From NCBI GenBank assembly GCA_963810465.1, contig CAWENM010000002.1:518791-582790 (forward strand): a stretch of DNA of 64,000 nucleotides, in the 5' to 3' direction. Positions 58,697-64,000 of this stretch are shown piece by piece (position 1 is the first letter of the stretch; each line of letters begins with the position of its first letter). The notes beneath the pieces were generated by a model. That model saw only the letters and a program-made list of their open reading frames with translations. It had not been told where the DNA came from and ran no database searches. This DNA is from an uncultured Acidobacteriota bacterium. GTDB lineage: Bacteria > Actinomycetota > Acidimicrobiia > Spongiisociales > ZC4RG35. The translations under genes and the position numbers were made by a program.

Positions 58697-59509
58697 GTGA
58701 CAGACACGACGCGGAAGACACTGGTGGTCAGTGGGGTCGTGGCCCTGGTTGGCAGCATCGCCGGGCTGATCCTGGGCCTGATCATGGTGAACAACTTGTC
58801 CGACTACCTCACTCAGTCGGTGGCGGTGTCGGAGTCGGCCCTCGGCGCGGTGGAAGAAACACTTGGCGTCCTCGAATCAGTCGCGGTCGAGGTCGATGAG
58901 GGCATCGGCGCGGCCGCCGCCAGCATCGCCGCGGCGTCGGAGGCGGTCTTGACCGCAGCCGGGGAGCTGGATGACGTCGCCGACTTCCTCGACGGCGACT
59001 TACAGGCCAGCATCGAGGCTCTGCTCGACACCATGCCGGCTGCCATCCAGACCGCCGGAGTCATCGACAGCACCCTGAGCGCACTGTCGTTCCTCGGTGT
59101 GAACTACGACCCCGAGCAGTCGTTCGACGCGTCGCTCGCAGCGGTGCAAGATGCTCTGGAGCCGATACCTCCCCAACTGTCCGCCCAGGCCGAGACGATC
59201 CGGGCCCTGGTCCCCGTCTCAGAGCAATTCGCCCAGGACGCCGCCGCGACGGCAGAGGCATTCGACGCTTTGCGAGTCGAGCTGGAGTCGAGTCAGCAGC
59301 TCATCGACTCCTACCGCGCCACTGTCGACCAGGCTCAGAGCGTGGTCGAGAGCACCGCTTCGTCCCTGTCTGCCACCACGTGGCTGCTCAGACTCATCGT
59401 GGTGCTCATGGCCGTCACCGGCTCCGCTATCGCCATCGGGCTGATCACCCTGGGCCGATCCCGGGAGTCTGTCGACACCGTCGGTTTCGATGACGCCAGC
59501 GACGGGTAG
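58697..59509 (+). CDS. Hypothetical membrane protein with helical extracytoplasmic domain
   Basis: TM at each end, Ala-rich heptads; TAGGTT-N6-GTG. Confidence 0.75.
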   Translation: MTDTTRKTLVVSGVVALVGSIAGLILGLIMVNNLSDYLTQSVAVSESALGAVEETLGVLESVAVEVDEGIGAAAASIAAASEAVLTAAGELDDVADFLDGDLQASIEALLDTMPAAIQTAGVIDSTLSALSFLGVNYDPEQSFDASLAAVQDALEPIPPQLSAQAETIRALVPVSEQFAQDAAATAEAFDALRVELESSQQLIDSYRATVDQAQSVVESTASSLSATTWLLRLIVVLMAVTGSAIAIGLITLGRSRESVDTVGFDDASDG

Positions 59510-59616
59510 GTGGCTTGGGAGAGGTGCGTGGACCGCGATTCGTGAATCATCGGAGGCCACTGATCTTCCACGGTTGGGGTCCACCCCTCCTTTATCCAGA
59601 CGTCGAGGAGACAAAG

Positions 59617-59754
59617 ATGGGCGAGAAGAAGAAGACAAAGGTCCAAGAGACAACGATCACACCCGAAACCCATTGGCTCCGGTCAACGGTGATCGCGCTG
59701 CTGGTCGTGGCCCTGACCTTGGGCATCTGGTACTTCGTCAGCGAGAGGGACTGA
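59617..59754 (+). CDS. 45-aa single-TM protein
   Basis: SD GAGGAG; MGEKKKTK..LRSTVIALLVVALTLGIWYFV. Confidence 0.6.
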   Translation: MGEKKKTKVQETTITPETHWLRSTVIALLVVALTLGIWYFVSERD

Positions 59755-59761
59755 CCGGAGG

Positions 59762-60082
59762 TCAGTCTGAAGTAGACGAACTACCCGAAGATGCGGTCGT
59801 CGAACCGGTGGTCGCCGACTCGCTCTTCTTGGAACTCTTCTCGGACGAGTCGCTCTTAGACGAGTCGGCCTTTTTGGCCGGCTCGCCTTTCTTGGACTTT
59901 GCCGACGAGCGGGAATCGGTGGAGTAGAAGCCTGATCCCTTGAACACCACGCCACGGGCGTGGAAGACCTTCTGCAACTCCCCACCGCACTCTTGATGCT
60001 TGCGCAGCGGCTTTTCCGAGAACGATTGAAAGACCTCGATGTTCTCGCCGCAGCGCTTACAGGTGTACTCGTAGGTAGGCAT
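59762..60082 (-). CDS. FmdB family zinc-ribbon protein
   Basis: MPTYEYTCKRCG..HQECGG..FKGSGFYSTD, Ser/Lys tail. Confidence 0.9.
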   Translation of the reverse strand: MPTYEYTCKRCGENIEVFQSFSEKPLRKHQECGGELQKVFHARGVVFKGSGFYSTDSRSSAKSKKGEPAKKADSSKSDSSEKSSKKSESATTGSTTASSGSSSTSD

Positions 60083-60171
60083 GACCGACTTCTGACCGCT
60101 TGGTGGGGTAGAGGCGAATTCTACAACCGGGACCGTGGGTCTTCCATTCCTCTGCAATATGATCGGCCCCC

Positions 60172-60777
60172 ATGTCGCCCGCCGTAGCCCTGCCGCTGGC
60201 GATCGTCGCCGCCTACCTGGTGGGGAGCATCGATTTCGCCGTGATCGTCGGCCGGATGTACGGCGTCGACATCCACCAGGAGGGGAGCGGCAACCCGGGC
60301 ATGTCCAATGTCCTACGCACCATGGGACGGGTGCCTGCCGCCATGGTCTTCATCGGTGACACGCTCAAGGGGACGATCGGAGCTGCGATGGGCTGGGTCG
60401 CTTCTGGCTCGCCCGACCCGGCGGTGCATTGGGCCTTCCTCGCCGGCCTCGCCGCGGTCGTGGGCCATTGCTATCCGATCTTCCATCGCTTCAAGGGGGG
60501 GAAAGGGGTGGCTACCGGCGGTGGCGTCCTTCTCTTCACCGTCCCACTTGTCGCGGTGATCGAGATCGCCACGTGGTTCCTGATCTTCTGGCTCACCAAG
60601 ACTGCCTCCATCGGTTCGATGGTGATCGTCGTCATCACGATCCCCTTGCTGATCTGGCAGGGTGTCACCGGGTTGTCGCTGCTCTGGGTCGCCTTGATCA
60701 TCGCCTTGGTGGTGTGGCGTCACCGGGGAAACATCAAACGCATGGTCTCTGGCAGCGAGGAGAAGGTCACTACATGA
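60172..60777 (+). CDS. plsY: Glycerol-3-phosphate acyltransferase PlsY
   Basis: YLVGSI, GSGNPGMSNVLR, DTLKG, GHCYP..FKGGKGVAT, RHRGNI. Confidence 0.93.
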   Translation: MSPAVALPLAIVAAYLVGSIDFAVIVGRMYGVDIHQEGSGNPGMSNVLRTMGRVPAAMVFIGDTLKGTIGAAMGWVASGSPDPAVHWAFLAGLAAVVGHCYPIFHRFKGGKGVATGGGVLLFTVPLVAVIEIATWFLIFWLTKTASIGSMVIVVITIPLLIWQGVTGLSLLWVALIIALVVWRHRGNIKRMVSGSEEKVTT

Positions 60778-61586
60778 GCATCGAAGTTGCAGTCATCCCC
60801 GCCGCGGGGCGGGGAACCAGGATGAGACCGGCGACCCGGGTGGTACCCAAGGCATTGCTCACCGTGATCGACCGCCCCGCCATCCAATACTCGGTCGAGG
60901 AGGCCGCACGGGCCGGAGCGAAGGAGGCAGTCGTGGTCGTCGACCTCGACGCCGGCCATCTCCTCGCCCAGCATTTCAACATCGAAGGCCCGCTACCCGG
61001 TCTCGAGGACATCCAGCTGCGTCCGGTGGTCCAGGAGGAGCCACTCGGCCTGGGACACGCGGTTAACGAGGCGGCCCACATGGTGGGAGACCGTCCTTTC
61101 TTCTGCCTCCTCTCCGACAACATCGTGAGGCCCGGTCACGACGTGCTGACCAGTCTGGGTGAGGGAAGTCGCGACGGTTCGGTGTCGGTGATGTGTCTGC
61201 GGGAGCTGAGCGAGGAGTTCCTCAGCAAGTACGGCGTCGTGGTCCCGGCCTCCGAGCTCGAGGAGCGCTACCTCGATCTGGCCGGGGCTGTTGAGAAGCC
61301 GGGTCCGGCCAACGCACCCTCGCGCCTCGGGCTGGTGGGCCGTTATCTTTTCACTCCGGAGGTCTTCGAGATCCTGGGCGGTCTCGAGCCCGGTCACGGC
61401 GGCGAAATCCAGCTGACCGACGCCATCAACGAGCTGGGAGTCCGCGGTCGCCTCCGTGGTTATGTGGCCGAGGAAGACCTCCTCGATGTGGGGACGCCGA
61501 TCGGCCTGCTGGAGGCGTCGGTGGAGTTGGGTGAGCACGAGTTCGGACAAGAGTTCAGCTCCTGGCTCAAGGAGCGGAGCGGGTGA
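60774..61586 (+). CDS. galU: UTP-glucose-1-phosphate uridylyltransferase
   Basis: VIPAAGRGTRMRPAT..PK, QEEPLGLGHAV, VEKP, GEIQLTDA. Confidence 0.92.
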   Translation: MSIEVAVIPAAGRGTRMRPATRVVPKALLTVIDRPAIQYSVEEAARAGAKEAVVVVDLDAGHLLAQHFNIEGPLPGLEDIQLRPVVQEEPLGLGHAVNEAAHMVGDRPFFCLLSDNIVRPGHDVLTSLGEGSRDGSVSVMCLRELSEEFLSKYGVVVPASELEERYLDLAGAVEKPGPANAPSRLGLVGRYLFTPEVFEILGGLEPGHGGEIQLTDAINELGVRGRLRGYVAEEDLLDVGTPIGLLEASVELGEHEFGQEFSSWLKERSG

Positions 61587-62812
61587 AGCCGCTGGAGGAG
61601 GCCCGCTCCGAGGTTCTGTCCTCGGTCGGCCTCCTCGGAGTCGAGCAGGTTCCCATCTGGCAGGCGCGTGGCCGTGTCCTCGCCGCGGATGTGGTCGCCC
61701 CCGAGAGCGTGCCGCCGTTCGCCAACTCGGCGATGGACGGGTTCGCGGTGCGTGCTGCCGATGTCTCCGCGGCCGGGTCGGTCCTCGAGGTGATAGGCGA
61801 CCTGCCCGCCGGGTCGAGCACCGACATCGAGGTACAGGCGGGCCAGGCGATCAAGATCATGACCGGCGCTCCGATGCCACCCGGGGCCGACACCGTGGTC
61901 AGGGTCGAGGACACGTCTACAGAAGGCTCGAAGGTCACCATCTCCACTGCGGTCGAGCCGGGTACGTCGGTTCGCCCGGCCGGTGGGGACGTTCCAGAAG
62001 GCCAGTTGGTGTTCACCGCCGGCACCCGTCTCACCCCGATGCATGTCGGTGTTCTCGCCACCATCGGAGTCGGGTACCCGGATGTGTTCAGAAGGCCCCG
62101 CGTTGCGTTCATGTCGACCGGTGACGAGCTGACTCCTCCCGAGGCGACAGGTCTGGAGCCGGGGGCTATCCGGGACTCGAACCGGCCGATGCTGCTCTCG
62201 CTGCTCGAGGATGCGGGGGTGGAGCCGGTCGACTTCGGAATCATCCCCGATGACCCGGATGTCTTGCGGGAGGCCTTCACCCGGGCTGCCGAGGCAGACG
62301 TGGTTGTCTCGACCGGAGGGGTGTCGATGGGTGATTACGACGTGACCAAGATGGTGCTGCAGGGCGACGCCCATGTCGACTTTTGGCAGGTGGCGATTCA
62401 GCCGGCCAAACCCTTCGCCTTCGGTCACATCGGCGCTGCCCTCTTCTTCGGGCTGCCCGGCAACCCGGTTTCGGTCCTGGTCTCCTTCGAACAGTTCGCC
62501 CGGCCGGCGTTGCTCAAATTGCAAGGAGCACGCGCGACGCTCCGGCCCCAACTGGTGGCCACAGCGGGGGAAACCCTGGATACCGATCCGGAGAAGACGG
62601 TCTTCGTCCGCGTTCTCGTGGAAGGCCTCGAGCAGGGCTCGCCCACCGTGGTGAAGTCGGGTGGCCAGGCCTCAAACGTCCTGTCGGCTGCGGCGACCGC
62701 CGATGGATTCGCCCTGGTGCCCCGTGGGACGGCGGTCGTCGAGGAAGGCGAGAACGTGACCGTCGAGATGTTCAAGTGGCCTGAGTCGAGGGAGTGGATC
62801 GATGGGCGATGA
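61583..62812 (+). CDS. moeA: Molybdopterin molybdotransferase
   Basis: NSAMDGFAV, IMTGAPMP, STGDEL, GGVSMGDYD, GLPGNP. Confidence 0.95.
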   Translation: MKPLEEARSEVLSSVGLLGVEQVPIWQARGRVLAADVVAPESVPPFANSAMDGFAVRAADVSAAGSVLEVIGDLPAGSSTDIEVQAGQAIKIMTGAPMPPGADTVVRVEDTSTEGSKVTISTAVEPGTSVRPAGGDVPEGQLVFTAGTRLTPMHVGVLATIGVGYPDVFRRPRVAFMSTGDELTPPEATGLEPGAIRDSNRPMLLSLLEDAGVEPVDFGIIPDDPDVLREAFTRAAEADVVVSTGGVSMGDYDVTKMVLQGDAHVDFWQVAIQPAKPFAFGHIGAALFFGLPGNPVSVLVSFEQFARPALLKLQGARATLRPQLVATAGETLDTDPEKTVFVRVLVEGLEQGSPTVVKSGGQASNVLSAAATADGFALVPRGTAVVEEGENVTVEMFKWPESREWIDGR

Positions 62813-63281
62813 GCGCGAGCTGACCCATCTGAATGAGGCGGGTGAGGCTCACATGGTCGACGTGGGCGGCAAGCCAGTCACTGACCGCGAGGCGGTGGCG
62901 GAGGGCTACGTCGTCATGTCGCCTGACCTCGCGGAGCGATTTTTCGCCGGTGACCTGCCCAAGGGTGACGCGGCGGCGGCCGCCCGGATCGCCGGGATCA
63001 TGGCTGCCAAACGAACCTCCGAGCTCATCCCTCTCTGTCATCCGATCTCGCTGACCGGGGTCGATGTGACCTTGGAGTCGAGTGGGCGTGGTGTTCGGGT
63101 CATTGCTAGCGTGCGGGCGACCGATCGGACCGGTGTCGAGATGGAAGCAATGACGGCCGTCGCTGTGGCTTCGTTGACCATCTACGACATGGTGAAAGGT
63201 GTCGAGCGCGACGTCACGATCGAGATGGTTAGGTTGCTGACCAAATCAGGTGGAAGGTCCGGCAAGTGGGAACGAGGTTGA
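62802..63281 (+). CDS. moaC: Cyclic pyranopterin monophosphate synthase
   Basis: HMVDV, KGD, LIPLCHP, TGVEMEA, IYDMVK, KSGG. Confidence 0.96.
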   Translation: MGDERELTHLNEAGEAHMVDVGGKPVTDREAVAEGYVVMSPDLAERFFAGDLPKGDAAAAARIAGIMAAKRTSELIPLCHPISLTGVDVTLESSGRGVRVIASVRATDRTGVEMEAMTAVAVASLTIYDMVKGVERDVTIEMVRLLTKSGGRSGKWERG

Positions 63282-63341
63282 GTCGTTGATCGGGCAGGGT
63301 CCTGGCAACTACGCTCATCCGTGGACGGAGTCGTAAGCCAA

Positions 63342-63782
63342 ATGTCAACAAGCGTCATAGTCGGCCTATTGCTGATAGCGGCTGTGTGGAGTGTCTATCT
63401 CCTGCCTTCGGTGTTCGGCGACCGGCAAAACGCACCCAAGAACTCGACTGAGGAATTCGATCGCTGGAGCCATCTGATGGCTGACGTTCAGAAGCGGCCG
63501 TACGACCGGAAGGCCGTGGGTCAGCGGGACGTCATCCGCCTCCGTCGTCGCCGCACTTTCACGGTACTCGGGTTCCTGGCCCTGCTCACCGCCGGGCTGG
63601 CCCTGTGGCAGAACTCGCTGGCACTGCTTCTGGTGCATCTCTTCATCGATTCACTGATCGTCCTTTACGTGGCGGCCCTGCGCCAGATGAAGCAGCAGCG
63701 TCAGTGGCGACTCAAGGTCACCCATGTGTCCGAGCGTCCCGCCGAGTGGGACGACACTCAGATCAAAGTCATCGCCCAGTAG
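63342..63782 (+). CDS. Membrane protein, GlpR/SepX-like
   Basis: N-terminal TM ending WSVYLLP, RRRR followed by two TMs; position after galU-moeA-moaC matches the conserved actinobacterial locus. Confidence 0.55.
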   Translation: MSTSVIVGLLLIAAVWSVYLLPSVFGDRQNAPKNSTEEFDRWSHLMADVQKRPYDRKAVGQRDVIRLRRRRTFTVLGFLALLTAGLALWQNSLALLLVHLFIDSLIVLYVAALRQMKQQRQWRLKVTHVSERPAEWDDTQIKVIAQ

Positions 63783-63785
63783 GCG

Positions 63786-64000
63786 ATGGGCCCCGATTTC
63801 GCCGACGATGCCCGAGCCGTTCTCGACGCGCGGTTCGCGGCGCGTGAGAAGGGAATCACCGGCTCGAGGAAGGTGATCCGGTCATCGGCCAACGGGATCC
63901 GCGCTCTTCATCGTGGCGAGTGGGACCAAGCCGCCGGGCTCATCTCAGAGGCCGGGGCGATCCTGACGGACATCACGGCTGGACTTGCCGACCATCCCGA
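63786..64000 (+). CDS. Translin-like protein, N-terminal part (runs off the window)
   Basis: MGPDFADDARAVLDARFAAREKGITGSRKVIRSSANGIRALHRGEWDQA..; RE-x6-R..IR..HR pattern of translin/C3PO helices 1-2. Confidence 0.6.
   Translation, partial: MGPDFADDARAVLDARFAAREKGITGSRKVIRSSANGIRALHRGEWDQAAGLISEAGAILTDITAGLADHP

Noticed and set aside
1-64000. Several hundred overlapping alternative-frame and antisense ORFs (e.g. 8457-9992 -, 20580-22436 +, 32684-34264 +, 14475-15830 +)
   Set aside because: Shadow ORFs expected in high-GC DNA; they overlap motif-supported genes and lack family motifs
1-64000. CRISPR array, tRNA/rRNA, transposase, integrase, prophage, defence island
   Set aside because: No repeat-spacer periodicity, cloverleaf or rRNA-like sequence, or recombinase/phage motifs found by eye

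Overview
High-GC actinobacterial chromosome segment. Gene content and frequent leaderless TANNNT-N6-7-start sites suggest Acidimicrobiia (inference). About 70 densely packed genes, with no rRNA, tRNA, CRISPR array or transposase seen. Main blocks: orphan sufB; tandem CNNM/hemolysin genes; response regulator-kinase-htrA; cobalamin riboswitch + btuFCD-cobO; cyclase-STAND-TPR; rlmN; acnA with a SufR-like regulator and mrp; a large polyamine/amide catabolic region (puuB-like, class III aminotransferases, potABCD, C45, GNAT, ureohydrolase, ALDH); dapB, uppP, fmdB-plsY-galU-moeA-moaC-glpR/sepX-like; and a truncated translin-like gene at the right edge. The most interesting locus is 25.0-29.3 kb. A consensus promoter precedes an unannotated 25-aa signal-peptide-like ORF ending in a Cys-less lipobox (LAG|VRIG). 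It is followed by two membrane HD-GYP proteins (one near-intact, one degenerate) and a convergent DUF5317-type membrane protein with signal-peptidase-II-like aspartate motifs. Together these suggest a peptide-signal to cyclic-dinucleotide system (hypothesis). Also seen: a REP-like palindrome family, a 106-nt element with terminal inverted repeats, a structured intergenic RNA candidate, three probable single-base frameshifts and three probable CUG starts. All family calls come from motif recognition by eye; no database searches were run.
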